DNA of 64,000 nucleotides, taken from the NCBI RefSeq assembly GCF_000150275.1, contig NW_002060981.1, positions 1-64,000 on the forward strand. Reading direction: 5' to 3'. The notes below the pieces were generated by a model. That model made no database searches. It was given only the letters and a program-made list of their open reading frames with translations, and had not been told where the DNA came from. The stretch is from Trichoplax adhaerens (lineage: Eukaryota; Animalia; Placozoa). Positions within the stretch are counted from its first letter, which is position 1. Every line of letters begins with the position of its first letter. A program made the translations under genes and the position numbers. Shown in pieces: positions 39,463 to 53,352 of the stretch.

Positions 39463-42400
39463 TTAGATCCAAGGCTTTGTGATAGCAACGCCACCAATAA
39501 GTAATAGTATTAACATCATCATGAAGCCTAAAGCACGGTCACGAGCCAGTCTATCGAAGTTGGTTAAAGAGAATGGGTATAATATATCGGAACAGCATTT
39601 CTTACTCATTTCCCTATCTCGCTCCGCTGACCTAAATTGAAAATTGAAAAAATTATCATACAGCAATGGCCTAATAACACCTACCTTATATAAAGAATGA
39701 AGATGACTTCAGCACTTCTAGTTTATACATACAATATATTAATATTGACTTACAGTGGCTCATTGGTTTGCTGGATAGCAGGAACCTCAATAAACGTTGT
39801 GAATACTTTAACAATAAAAGGTTTAAAACGTGAACTGAAAGTTAATGTGGCAGAGGTAGAGTTGGAAGTTGGTGAGGTGGTATCGTTAACTTGTGAAGAA
39901 CAACCATAAGCTCCACCAGTTCCACAAATAAAATCCCAGTCTTCCAGATTATATCTTGAATAAAATATATAGAATAGTCATTAATATTTGCAGTATTTCT
40001 AAGCCTGATACAATCATAACTAGAATAACATACAGTACCTTATCTGAGCACCAACGATTTCCCATTCTAATTTGCCAATGGGCGCTGTTCTGACTTGAGC
40101 AGTGAGAAATGTCACATTTAAAGCCGCTGGTATCTCACTACATGAGCCACTAATGACGCTAGGATTACTTGTGAGGTTGTTGGTATAGACGGGATCTTCC
40201 CTAAGATAGGTAATTGAGAACAGATAGTATGCGTACGTTACAATGGTTAATAAATAAAGCTTCAAAATGATACGCTATCGGAACCCGCAATAAAAACTAT
40301 CAAAATACGAGTCTAAATTAAGTTCTACATAATATTGAAGATCACATGGAAGCCAAGATCTAGGTATAACTTTATTACTCTACGGATATACTTACTTGAT
40401 AATCGACAGCCAATCATTGTTTAGAGTATCACTGGAATTGCCTCTTTTGCCTACATAATCAGCCGATATTGACCCATCTAATAATATTTTAACACGATCC
40501 CTTAACGCTGCACAATCTTGAAAATCGGCAATTGATAACGACAGGGTACATCCACTAATTTCATCATTGCCAAATGTGACATCGACTCTACTGGAGCTAT
40601 CGCATAAACCATTACTACTAGGTGACCATCGCCGCAAGTAAGCGCCAGTTGATACAATACTATTGCTAGAACCGCCGCCTATTTGATTTATAGCAAATAG
40701 GACGGGGTATTTCTTAAGATAGCCCGGATTACCAGAGTAACTAACCATTGGTAAAACGGTGGTATTGTGAATAAATTGTACGCTAAATTGCTGCGTGAGA
40801 GTACTTTTCCTTCTACTAGTTGAACTAGAGGTTAAAGGAACTGAGCCCATAATTACATCCGCGATAATTCTATCAATTTCAGGTCCATTCCAGTAAATTT
40901 TATAATCTACCTTGGTAACAACATTATTGCATAGACTAGACGTAGAATCGAGAAGTGGTGTGGGAGGTCGTGTTCTACCGTCGTCGAAGTTACACCTTCT
41001 TAGATTGGCAGGATTGTTATTTGTAGCTGATTGCCCATTAGTGATATATGGTGATATATCGTTAAGACAATAATAATTTACGGTTGCAGAAGCTACTATT
41101 GCACCAGTGAAAAGCTTTTTTACCGCATCAGAGATTGGACATGGAGGAAAGGATAGCGATCGTGACATTAAGTATTGTACTGCACTCCACGTTGATGTTG
41201 GCGTACACAAGGAATTGCTTATCAACTGAGTACAATGTGAATTTGAATTTATGAGATATCTAACTAAACCTCTTTTGGTGCAGCCGCCTATGATTTGGCT
41301 AGGCAGAGCTAAATATCCAGAAAGACCGCCAGAAATATCTAAGACGATAGGAATTCCATATTGATATGACACTGTATTTGTAACTTGACCAGAAAAGGAT
41401 TGCAATTCTGACTCGCGATAACTGTAAATTGCACGACTAGCGGTAACTAAGGTATTAAAACTGGATACGCTAGTAACAGCTGATCGAATAGAATAAAAAA
41501 AGCCAAGTAAAGGATTATTATCAACAGCCACGCACATTAGTGCTTCATAATCTTGTTTATCTGGCCATATTGCTCGACAATCATGCTCTAATGGTCTAAC
41601 AACAAACGGCCGTAAGCACGTTGTAAACGTAGCAATATCCGAAGCGGTACAATCCTAGCACGGCATATCAATAAATGGTTAGATTGATTAATGAAAAGCC
41701 TTTTTTAATTCAAAATTTAATTCTGTGTCTATGGGCACAAACTCAGGTTATACTTACCGAATCACAACAGCAATTAGGATCGCAAAAATTTACTTGTAAA
41801 TTACAAGGACATGGAGCAATATCTGTAAATGCTGGATTCACGTTAGTTAGGATGCTTCCTGTATAATAATACGAAAAAATTACCGTCTTTATTAATGAAT
41901 TAATATACTATAATTAAATTATAAAAACGTATTTTTATAGTATTACCTGTTGTGATATTTTCAGGTACTATTGGGCTAAGATCTAAATTGATATAGGCCG
42001 TAGCATTTAGTCCTGCATATCTAGGATTAGTAGTGCTACTTCCCGATGAACAGGTTATCGAAAACAACTGTTTCCAAGTTTGATCAATTGCTGGCGATGT
42101 AATCACATTAAGTGTCTTAAAGTATTCTCCAGACTAAAGTTGTAAAAAGTAACACAAATGAGCATATCACATTTGTCAATTACCTTATCAAAGATTTTAG
42201 TACAGAATGAATCAAATTTCTACCTGAAAGGCAATAGTTGATTGTGATAGCGATACGGTTGCCAGTGTTCCGTTTGCTTGTACGATTGAGGAGGCAATTT
42301 GATTAGTACAGCTTGCAAGGTCTTGATTTCCTGTTTCACTGTAGTTACTAATACAGCATGTAAAAATAGCTGCGAATTCAGCACTTGGGATGGGTATATT

Positions 42401-45400
42401 GACGGTTAAATATAGTGTAAGGTTACTTCGGTACATGTTATTATACGTTGGGATAAGACTTAACGCCGCAAGTTGTATGCGAAAAGTTGCATTTCGACCT
42501 ATTAAGGCGAATACATCATTTAAATTGTATACAAAATATCGTTGTTTTCAAAGGGATGAAATTTAAATTTCAGATTATGCTAAACTTACTTGCTGAGGTT
42601 GCAGTAAGAAATTGTGTACCGGCGTTCGATGACTGTGCGGTACAGATCACATATGCATCTCCTAAGTCTTGACTTGAAACAGTATAGCTTATCTAATGGT
42701 AACAATGACAGAGTAATTGAAATAAGTATTATATAAATGGCTTTCATTATAAATTTGGGACGAATGTTAATTGAAGATAGTTTAACATACGCTAGCTATT
42801 CGAATTCCTATAGCAACATTCTGCTGGACAAAGGTAACTTGCGCAGTATTACTACTAACAGTGTTGCATGTGATAACGACAGGATTATCAGCCACACTTT
42901 CACTGTAATATGAGAAAAATTGAATAATTAGCCTTTCTCTTTCTATCGGGAGCCGAGATATGTTTATGAGAATTTCAGGATACCTCAACTCAATCCTTGC
43001 AGTGCCAGCTCCAGTTACCGGTACGACCACAACATCTGAGCAAAAATCAGCTCTGGCAGCTTTTACCACGCGTATTGATCTGATGTACCGACAAAGTAGA
43101 AGAAAATTTAAGAATTGAAGTACTAATTATTCTCAATACAAGGTTGGTTTACCCAGTCAATCCCACAGAAGTGTTGCTTAGGAACTGGGTTCCTCCAATC
43201 GATTGAGCTGAGCAAGTGATGGTTGCTGCTTGACCAGGCGATGATATACTGTATGGTAAAACAAGATTTGTGATAAAATTAAAATAGGACTTATAGATCA
43301 CCATTAAAGATTTTAATTTAAATCTCTCATCGATTGCATTTATATTTATTGACATATAGTAAGTAACTAAATCAATGAGGTATTACACAAAACTTAATAA
43401 ATATTATAATTATATACCACATTACATTTATAAAATTATATGATTACGTGTTTAATTAATACTTGTCATTCTTGGTATACTTCAGTAGTATAATCGTAAT
43501 TTCGATTATGTGATAATTCAACATTAATTAAGTATATCACATTACAAGATTACCATCGTTACACGTTAAACTATACCCAAAATAATCCTTACTGATTATT
43601 TGTACGGTAATAGATGTATTATTTCTACGATACGTGGTTTTATCCAAAATATGCTAACTTACGTTGTATAAATATGGATCTAACTACACATATTCGTTTA
43701 TAATATAATTTATAATCATTTTATATCATAATCCGAAATATAGTTAGTGTCCATTATAATGGTAAACAGCTCATGTACACATAACGAGTCGTTTTTTAAT
43801 CCATAGAGAAGTAAGAACCGAAGTATTCAATTTCTATATGCAGTAGTTTTGTATTTTTACATCAACTTTGGCTACGTGTACAATTTTCTGCCTTCAATGC
43901 TAGTTAAGAGTAGTGCAAACCTTCAGTGCAGTGCTAGTATTAGCTTAACAGTTAAACCTAACAGATATTAAAATGGTAACATTGCAACATTTAAAGTAAC
44001 ATTACCTGTAGGAAAGACTGCCAGAGTTACTACCTGGTGGGATCAGGATCGTACCGAATACTAAATTTGTTATATCAGAAGCTGCATTTGAAACTCTACA
44101 CGTTACGGATACCTACAGTAGATAAAGTTAACCTTAAGTTCTTAATAGCAGGCATATAAATTAACAGCCACATAATATAAAGCATTTAAATTTCTGTGTT
44201 AGACTAGCTGAGAACGATAATACCGGCTAACAGCGTATTTAACCGAAATTGAATTGCTGACATGAATTTCGTTGCATCTCACGTTCAGTTGTTTATAATA
44301 CACTGAAGTCATTACACTTTAAATATGATCTGAAACGATGACTTACATTGTTCGCTATCACATTTTCACTTAATTGAACTGCAACGTTACCAGTTCTCTG
44401 ATTTTCCTGCTGTGTTATAGTGGCTCTGTTAACGATATTCACTACGGCTTGATCTATTGAGATATATCAATGGATTTCGTGACATATAATAAAATTATTC
44501 TTTTCAAGTAGATAATAAAGTTAGAGATGGGTAAAACAAATTATTAAACGAAAGAGCCGTAGGGAATACGGAATAGTAAAGTTTTTTGGTCTATAACATA
44601 GTGTTTATACATATACGCTCGCATACATATAATAAATTACGACAGCAAGTAATTTTTGCTTTGTTTGCGGTATATTATTGATTGATAAAGTCAAGTGCAT
44701 AAGCTATCATAAGTAGATTAAATCTTCTAAGTAAGTATTATAGAATGAATATAGACCTTTTTATTTTAATACTTACTTTTTTGGCACATATAGCTCGCCA
44801 ATTGCGTACAACTTTCATCGAACCATGACCATTGAGGGTCGGCAGTAACGCAACGTTGATTAGTATTACTTGGCTGTCCGCTGGCCCAATTAGTATAACT
44901 AGTTAATGATGTCCCATCAGTCCAGCGATAATCAGCTAAATTATTGGCACCATTTTGATCACGGAGACCAATCCAAAAACTAGTAGTAATATTGACGAAA
45001 GTATCTTGTAATATATTGACAACAGTGCCACTTGTAATAACTATTAGATCGCCATTCAATTGTCTGCAACTTGTTCTTGCTGCTTCCCAGCTAAGTTGTT
45101 GATCAAAATGACGATAACATTTATTTTCAACATCGGCCCAACCATTGTTCGTATCGCAGCTATCCACTAGAGATGATTGGATACAATAATGATAGGATGT
45201 AAGGGTATTCATATTTAGGAATATTATCATCAGCATCATGACTTTATGGAATAAATAAATTCATTCACATACTTCTAGAAAACGATTTGACTCTTACATG
45301 ATTGCGTCAATTCTGTTGTTAGTCAATATAAAGTAAACTACTATACCTTCACGATCAATCTAATGCATTGCAATCATTGCTGGGGTACGTGTAAGAAAAT

Positions 45401-46093
45401 GCTCTACTACTACTATACAGTCCTTAAATCATAAAGCAAAAGCAATCAGAAGTAGGTTTTGATGGACTGTGCTCTATGTTTATTTATTTACTTTTTATTG
45501 AGATGGCATACGTAAGTAGAAATTGATGTATACGCGTACATCCTATACAGTTTTGATAATGCGCTAGGTGGTAGTATTTTAGCGGATCAATTGGCAATAG
45601 AACTTAGTATTCCATTTAAAAAAAATCACTTTTCCAACTTTGATTCATTATTATGATAACGGTACATATATGTAGTCTTATTGAGTAATATGTAGTTATT
45701 TTCGAAATGTATTGCAAATCAACTACAAGCTTGCATCCAGCCAAGGTAGGATGCAATACGGGCGCAAAAAGGAGTGAAATGATAAAAATTCACATTGCTA
45801 CTCGTATTTCAGTAAGGCTATACTCGATGATGGTGGACTACTAGCCCTTGCAATGACTGCTTTAACTCCTTATCTAAGTAAAGTTTACCCTCGATAGTAC
45901 TATTCCATTGGATGATTATTAACGACTTTAGTACAGAACATGAAAATTCCAGATCGATGAAGGACTAATTGTTAAGGTATTCCGCTAGAGTAGAGTATAC
46001 TGCATTAACAATGCTATCTTTACCTTGATGAATATTAGAAATGAAGAGTAATACACCAACGAAACTGCACAATAATTTGCTTTTACTGGACAT
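39463..46093 (-). CDS. TCTN2: Tectonic-2-like ciliary transition-zone protein with N-terminal signal peptide, C-type lectin domain and two beta-rich repeats; C-terminal TM
   Basis: Exon 46093-46024 MSSKSKLLCSFVGVLLFISNIHQ (signal peptide); exon 45166-44777 CTLD (WEAARTSC, FWIGL, NWASGQP, CV, WFDESC); tectonic CPCNLQVNFCDPNCCCDSDC, NNPLLGFFY, SGNPGY; terminal LGFMMMLILLLIGGVAI. Confidence 0.82.
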
Positions 46094-46455
46094 GACTTGC
46101 TAGGCAAACAGTCGTTTGGATGTTTGATTTCTAATAGCGCCACATTGGCTCCCTGTCAGCTTGAGCGAGTTGATGAATTAATTAATCAATTTTGATGGAT
46201 TTGGAGCTCTGGGCGTCATGGAGATGAGAGATAATAGCTTCCTCCTCATGCTACAGTACATTGTACCGTGGTCATCGAGTACAGTACTGTAACATGGAGT
46301 GGTGTCATGGCCGACTAAGATTTGGTAGTCCACTACAGTACAGTAATATTATTCACGGTCAATATGGTTAACAGTATCCCCAAATCATCGACCATAAAAC
46401 TATGTTACATGAAGTAAATACGAATATGTTGATGTATTTTCTGATCAAAACTTCT

Positions 46456-46680
46456 AAAAACTGTCTACGCAAGAATAGTGAAGGCATACAACAACGCAGA
46501 TCATACGATTTTTTCCCGGTGTTAGACGACTTAATTGCATTCTGCAACTTCACGGACATATTTACTAAAGTTTACCCCAACTGTCTATGCAAGAATAGTG
46601 AAGGCATACAACAAGAATTTCTATATACTTGGCCATCTAAAAATCTGAAGAATAGTAAACATAGCGTACAACAACAAGTG
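46456..46680 (+). repeat. Short dispersed direct repeat AACTGTCTAYGCAAGAATAGTGAAGGCATACAACAA x2 plus a degenerate third copy
   Basis: Copies at ~46459 and ~46579, partial copy at ~46649, in the TCTN2/SMPD4 divergent promoter. Confidence 0.75.
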
Positions 46681-47149
46681 ATACTGTCAGCAAGGATTGA
46701 CTATAACAGTACTAGTACACTGGTAGAAAAGGCTTTTTGGAAAAATCAATACAAGATTTTATACTGAAGCTGCTAATATAATGTTCCAATAGAAAAATTC
46801 TCTTGCAAAAAGCTCAACATAAGCCATGAATTATAACTATAATTACTGGTCATAACCTAGCCTGAAGGTTTACTGTAAATTACTGTACTGTCTGTATGTC
46901 TCTACCAAGGCTCCAAGCCATCATATTGTTGATGGAATGCATGGATTACTAGAAATTTTTACCCTCAAATTTCTGATCAACTGGGAGAATCCATGGAGAT
47001 TTTTCTATACTGCATCTGTATGATGAGGCTACAGTATGTATTGTACAGTACTGTACTGTAGTACTGTAGAGTTTGAACTGTAGCTCTTGTTCTACCGTAC
47101 TGTACTGGTCTAGGGTGCAAACGGATACGCATGCGTCCTAATTTGAACC

Positions 47150-50100
47150 ATGGCGACCGGGCAAATTGAAAATATTGAGGTAGCAAGCAGAAGAATAATT
47201 AGAAATAATATCGGTTATGTCTTAATATTACATAGATATCATTGCATAACTGACGTACAAAGTTGTCTTCGATCGGATCATTGTAATTATATTATAGCTA
47301 ACATTGTTGAACTATCGAAGAAAATTAGCATTATTGAAGAAGGTTGTAAAGAAACGTCAGAATTAGATCCACGTTTCTCTTGATCGTAGCATTTTGAGCA
47401 GTTGTTATATTGCAGTGGGTTAGCATTCCATTCAACATCGATTTGACTTAGTAGAAAGTTTTGCATCAATTTAGTGCTGATAGTAAGCTGTCTGAAGGGA
47501 GATCGACGCTGTAATCGATCAGTACAGTACAGTAGTTTTATTCGTTCTTTATCAATGTTTCTACGCGTATAGTGCAGTTTATAGCGATCTCTATTTGCAA
47601 GTGCTGCAATCATTGATTCAGCTGGAGAACGATATGGTAACGTATCTATCATCTCTATTTACATATCCACATTAATGGAATGGTAGTTTGAAAAAACATC
47701 AAAACATTATATTTTTTCCATCATTTCTGCACATTGTAAAGGATAGGCCACAAAAATCGAATCACGATATAAGATATACAGTAGTAAGCAGATGATAGTA
47801 GTTCTGCTATAAACTTGGACACATATTATAAGCATAATTTACAGTGTAATATTTATGTTCTTGTTGTGCATGTGCTGTCATAATTAGTAGAAAGTTTTGC
47901 ATCAATTTAGCACTGATAGTAGGCTTTCTGAAGCAAGATTGACGCTGTAATCGATCAGTACAGTATAGTAGTTGTATTCGTTCTGTATCAATGTCTCTAT
48001 GCGTATAGTGCAGTGTATAGCGATCTATTTGCAAGTGCTGCAATCATTGATTCAGCTGGAGAACGATATGGTAACGTATCTATCATCTCTAGTTACCTGT
48101 CGACATTAATGAAATGGTAGTTTGAAGAAACATGAAGCAATATATTTTTTCCATCATTTCTGCACATTGTAAAGGATAGGCCCCAAAAATCGAATCACGA
48201 TATAAGATATTCAGTAGTAAGCAGATGATGGTGGCTCTGCTATAAACTTGGACACATATTATAAGACATAATTTACAGTGTATTATTTATGTTCTTGTTG
48301 TGCATGTGCTGTCATAATTTACTGTAAAGTTAAAGCAACTGCATGCCATTATTCTAATAATAATTTAGACTGTGCTAATTGAGAGACTAAGTTCGGTATT
48401 TTACTTCGCCTGTAAACTAAGTAGTCACCCTTCATTACTTTTTCTTCAAATCTTGAAATGCTCCACGTCTAAAATTATAAACGAAAAAGATTGTATTGAA
48501 TATATTTAGTATAGTTATGTGATAAGAAATTGTACGTAAGACTGATTCAAAGATGTTTTTTGTAGATAACATGATCGATGTAAATAGTATGCAACAATTT
48601 AACCTCATTCATTGACCAATATTAATATGGCTGTGATTGCGAAGAATAGATGCAATTATAGAAAATCTTTCATTCTAAATATTCATTCAAGCAGTGCCTT
48701 ATTTCTATTCATTTTTTGGTAGGTACGCTACAGCTCTATATGTCAGAAACCATTACGAGAAAGATGCCAGGAATTGACGACTTTAACAACAGAATATCAT
48801 ATTAGAGTATGTATTCGAGATCATTTCTCACTGTAAATGAGATTATACTTATTGGAAGTAGTAAATCGGACGTAAGAAATGACTTTATGGTGGTCATTAC
48901 CGTAGGCCGATACTGTAGATGCTTAATACAGTCTACACTTGTATAGAAAAATTTAACCCCTTTCTACGTTTCGCATGTGCTCCACAGCTAGATACTTTAA
49001 GTTGTTAAAAATTATGTAATAACTTTGAGAGAATTCTTTTCGCTGTTTTCAAGCTACATTGCTTTATTATTTCATTTAGGAATTACAACATATCTTTCCA
49101 CAATTGGTACGGGATATCTTCGGCTGTGGAAAAAATCATGATTGGGGTATTTTTTCTTCTCATCGTGTACACGATCGATGGGATACCGATACATTAGAAA
49201 ACTTTCTGTCCCCTTACGATGGTGGCATTTTTGGTATGATTAACAAATTAGAAAGAGAAGAAATACGATTTGATTATCCTCTAAAGAACATACCTGTAAG
49301 TTATAAAATATCGATAAAGATTTTATTTTGCAATATTGTATTTATTATACCATCATTCACTTATAACACTATACCCAATGAATACATAGATGGTGTCCCG
49401 AAATCAGCTACAGCAAGGAATTAAATCAATGTTTTACGCTAAACGAGTCAAGATACAAACTTATCATAACAATTGTGAAATGATTATAGGTCTTTCCTTA
49501 TGTATCCTATTTTTTTGCTATTCGTACAATCTTATAGTAGGTATTCATTTATAGTAATAAGCTTGCAACAAATTAGAGTGTCTCTTGTAATGTCTTTAAT
49601 ACCTAAAACCTTGATTTAAAATTAATAATTGAGGAGTCTACAGACTATGTATATTCAAAAGATTTTCCTGCAACATCTTTCTCTGATTCATTCCTTAACG
49701 GATCTTATAATTAGCTGCTTTCGACTACTATTTCTTTCATTTTGCATCTTCATTGCTAACGGCTCCAGAACTAATGTCAGGGGTAAATTAAACTGTCTTA
49801 ATATCTTTTCAAGAAATATCTGTTTAATAATCTTGCGGTAACTGAAGTAAAACCTTACGTCAAAATGCATTATACTCAATAGATCATCTTAATTCATTTT
49901 ATATAGCTAGCACTAACTACGAATATGAACGAATCAGACGATTTGTATTGTAAATTAGTAGAGAAGTATTTAAATTACTTTTTGCCCGCCGATGGATCAC
50001 CAATTAAGTCGACTGCCTTGGGTATGAACAAGTCTATCGCTACATCTCCAACCAAAATTATCACGAATAGGTATCTACGCTTATTATATTATGAAAGTAC

Positions 50101-52788
50101 TACGAAATACAGTACTCGTAACTCAATTGTTCTCAGGCGGTGTCAGTAGGAAGTGCGATTTGAATACTAATTAACTACACTAGGTTTCATGGTAGTCGCT
50201 TACTCAAGCCTACTATGACAGTAATGGAAGAATCATTTACCGGCTGTAGCAATTCAATGAAAGACGCAGTAGAAAGATCTGATGCCTTAGTTCAGGTATT
50301 TTATTGTCTTTATTTATTAAATATCCTTGCACTGTTGCTACTTTGTTAAGTGTAATACTTCTGTAGTGATTCTGCTGCATTGTTATGATAATTAATGGTA
50401 TCTAAAATCTGTTATCCATCACGTAATAGATATTTGCTGAAATTTGGCTAAATTGCAATAATGAACAGGAAATTACCCAACAGAATTCTTCTAATATTTC
50501 CTCTTCATTTCGAGTAATTTACCTAGAATAAAATATTATATTTTTAATGCTGTAAATCTAATAGAACTACTTACATCTTCGACGGTGTTCTTTAGTAAGT
50601 CACACATCTAATCCAGTCTATAATTAATTATTAAAATAGATGCAGCAAAATGTCAGCACTGTGCCGTCCTACGATCATGTACGAATTGTTCGGCGCTTTA
50701 TAAAACATATGCATTACTTTTGCAACTGCAGTAAAGGAAAGGTAGCCAGTGATGTCATCAATTATTCTCTTAATAGTACATTTTCTGCTACTGAGAGTTT
50801 AAGAAGGTACGTGTACTTTGGCTGGACATTTATAAAATCGTCTACAAATGAATCCACATAATTAGGATATACTGCTAAACGAATTACGTTATGTTTTTGT
50901 TGACTAGAATTGCAATCCCTGAGTATATAGCGAAGAAGCTGTTTGGATTTCTTCAGTTTTCATTTGACCACTGGCCAATGGATTCTAGTTTTCGTGTGGT
51001 TAGCTTTACGTTCAGATCTTTACTAACCTACGTAAATTGATTGGGCATCGTTTAAATTTAATTCGACTTATTTTTTAAAAGGTTTTGGAGACATGGTTAA
51101 GCTATTTACAGCCATGGAGATATCTTGATATTAATGAAAAGCCACTGCCAAGTAGTATGAGTGATGCAGCAGATATTAGAAAATGGTATAACAGTTCTGA
51201 AATATAGTTATTATACGTCGGATAGTAAACAATGTCCTTAGCTAAAGATTGCTTTATATTTTAGGAAAGAGTTCGTTTTCAACAACATAGGCGTATATTC
51301 CATTTTATTTCATAAATATCTCCTTCGGGCTCTAAGATCTGATTTAACAAGTACAAGGGAAGCACATCTGTTGATGAGAGTGTCCAAAGTCATGAACCAA
51401 CCTGGATTAATGAATATTATGGACGAAGGTTAAACTATAACATATTTATATTTCATACATATTGAATTATATTATTAACGGATGAAGCAAAAATAATCTC
51501 TGTAGGTGAAGCACTTCTGTTATCTGATAATGGTAGAATGATGGAATCTTACACTAACAATGAACAGCAGGCATTGACAAATATGCAAAAACATCTTGAT
51601 AGTCTATCTATAATTTACCAGCCGATTTTAGAACCAAATATGAGAGACATGGTATAGTGCAACGAATATATTGATTTAAAGTACCAATTTTAGTCTACTG
51701 CACCATAGCTAGTAGATCACAAGCGGGAAGAAATAGAGAATTCGATTATTGATGAATGCCTTCTTTCTATGCTATTAGATCAAAAAGCTGTTAAAGATCA
51801 TTATTGAAGCGACTCGAAAACTTAAAATGACTTCTGAAAAAGCTCAAAAGACTGGTTTTATAAATTCCGTAGTTTCCTATTTTAGCGCAGAATTTGAAAC
51901 AGAACAGGAGAAAGATGCTACTAAGACCATACAATATCTTGAACAGGCCCGATATTGTATTACAGAAATGTATCAAGTGAGTTTATTTTAGATTTTATAG
52001 TAGTAATAGTTTTATAATAGCTATATGGCTAAGAGTATTATAATTTTTGTTTCATATTATTAGATATCCCAATCCGAGGAAAATACAATATTAGCAAATG
52101 TTGAGAGCCAAATGCCTGGTAATACTCGTACTAATTTACCTGACCATACTATCACCGGGTCTGGACTCACCTTAACGCCCTTAGGCAGATATCAAGTACG
52201 TCTAATTTCCTTTAAATTGAAAAAGTAACCGTCTTAATTACGAGCTGGGATATCAAATTTTAGGTTATGAATGGACTTAGAAAGTTTGACCGCTTGCCTG
52301 CTCGAGTTAGCCTTGCTAACAGACCTATACGACGTTCCTCTGAAAACGCATTCCTAGCCCGCTTTTTTTACAATTTAGCAGTCTACATTAATATCTACGT
52401 AAGCTTGTATGGCTGTAAATATCTCATTTGTCTTACTATGTATTTACTTGACTAGTTTATAATATCTAATTTTGATAAAACTATTTACTATCCTAAACCG
52501 TAGGTAATGGGCAAAGCTCCTACTGACGATCCTGGCATGATTGCAGTGTTCTTACGATATTTTGCCTCTTACAGTTTTATCTGCTTGACGTCTTTAATAT
52601 GCATATTTATGTTTTGTTCATCGATATTTCGTATATCTGTTATAATTGCTGCGGTCGAAAGTGTAACTAGTAACTTCATAATAATATTTTTTTTGATTCT
52701 ATCACTATGGACATTTAAAAGTTTAGCTATAGTAGGATATCAACAATTTCATGGTAATAACAGAAGGAAAAGAACCAGCGTAAGATAG
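47150..52788 (+). CDS. SMPD4: Sphingomyelin phosphodiesterase 4 (neutral sphingomyelinase 3), multi-exon
   Basis: Spliced KPLRERCQEL..ELQHIFPQLVRDIFG..MINKLEREEIRFDYP, SAFDYYFFHF, IFAEIWL, LTPLGRYQVMNGLRKF..PIRRSSENAFLAR, LRYFASY plus C-terminal TM. Confidence 0.88.
47448..48317 (+). repeat. Two-copy tandem repeat, unit ~436 bp, in SMPD4 intron 1
   Basis: Units start at 47448 and 47884 (TTAGTAGAAAGTTTTGCATC) and both end GTGCTGTCATAA; scattered substitutions and small indels. Confidence 0.92.
49502..49714 (+). other. U12-type (minor spliceosome) GT-AG intron in SMPD4
   Basis: Donor GTATCCTAT, branch site TTCCTTAAC at 49691-49699, AG at 49713-49714, no polypyrimidine tract; splicing restores the reading frame LSL-S-AFDYY. 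Confidence 0.85.
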
Positions 52789-53352
52789 CAATATAGTTTT
52801 AAACTTAGCAGTGTAATGCTGTATCACATCAGTAATGTAGTATAAATAATCCCTATACGTAACTTATTGATATCACTAAAATCGATGATGGAATTGTTGC
52901 TATTTTATGAAACGTTTTTGTTAAATTCAGTTAACATTAATTATGAACATAGCCAGGTGATGGAGTTCATGCAAGGCTCAAATTGATAACTACACCAGGC
53001 AATATACCATTAAGATCAAGCTGTTACATGATATCTACTGCATGTTAACCAATTCATATAGTTCGATTTTACTGGTATATTGCCAAATCAAATATTATAA
53101 GTATCAATGGGCTACGCTAAAATGTGATAAAAATGTGCGTATATACTTTAAATTTATTGAGATTAAAATACATTTAACAGACTGCGTATAATAAATTGCT
53201 TTTGCAAGTTGGACTTCGAGAAAGGGAATTTACGGGTAGAACTAGTCGCACGATCTAATCTATGCCTAGATGTTGATAGGACATGCTTCTAACATTCTAA
53301 AGCTATTCAATGTCATAGTATACAATGGACTACATAAATTAATTTTACATTA

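Noticed and set aside
42904-42983. GTATCCTG donor in TCTN2 as a second U12 intron
   Set aside because: No TCCTTAAC branch site; has a normal pyrimidine tract and U2-like branch.
45167-45239. ATG at 45239 as the start of a stand-alone lectin gene
   Set aside because: A good acceptor at 45167-45168 and an upstream signal-peptide exon (46093-46024) fit better; the exon ends at a donor, not a true stop.
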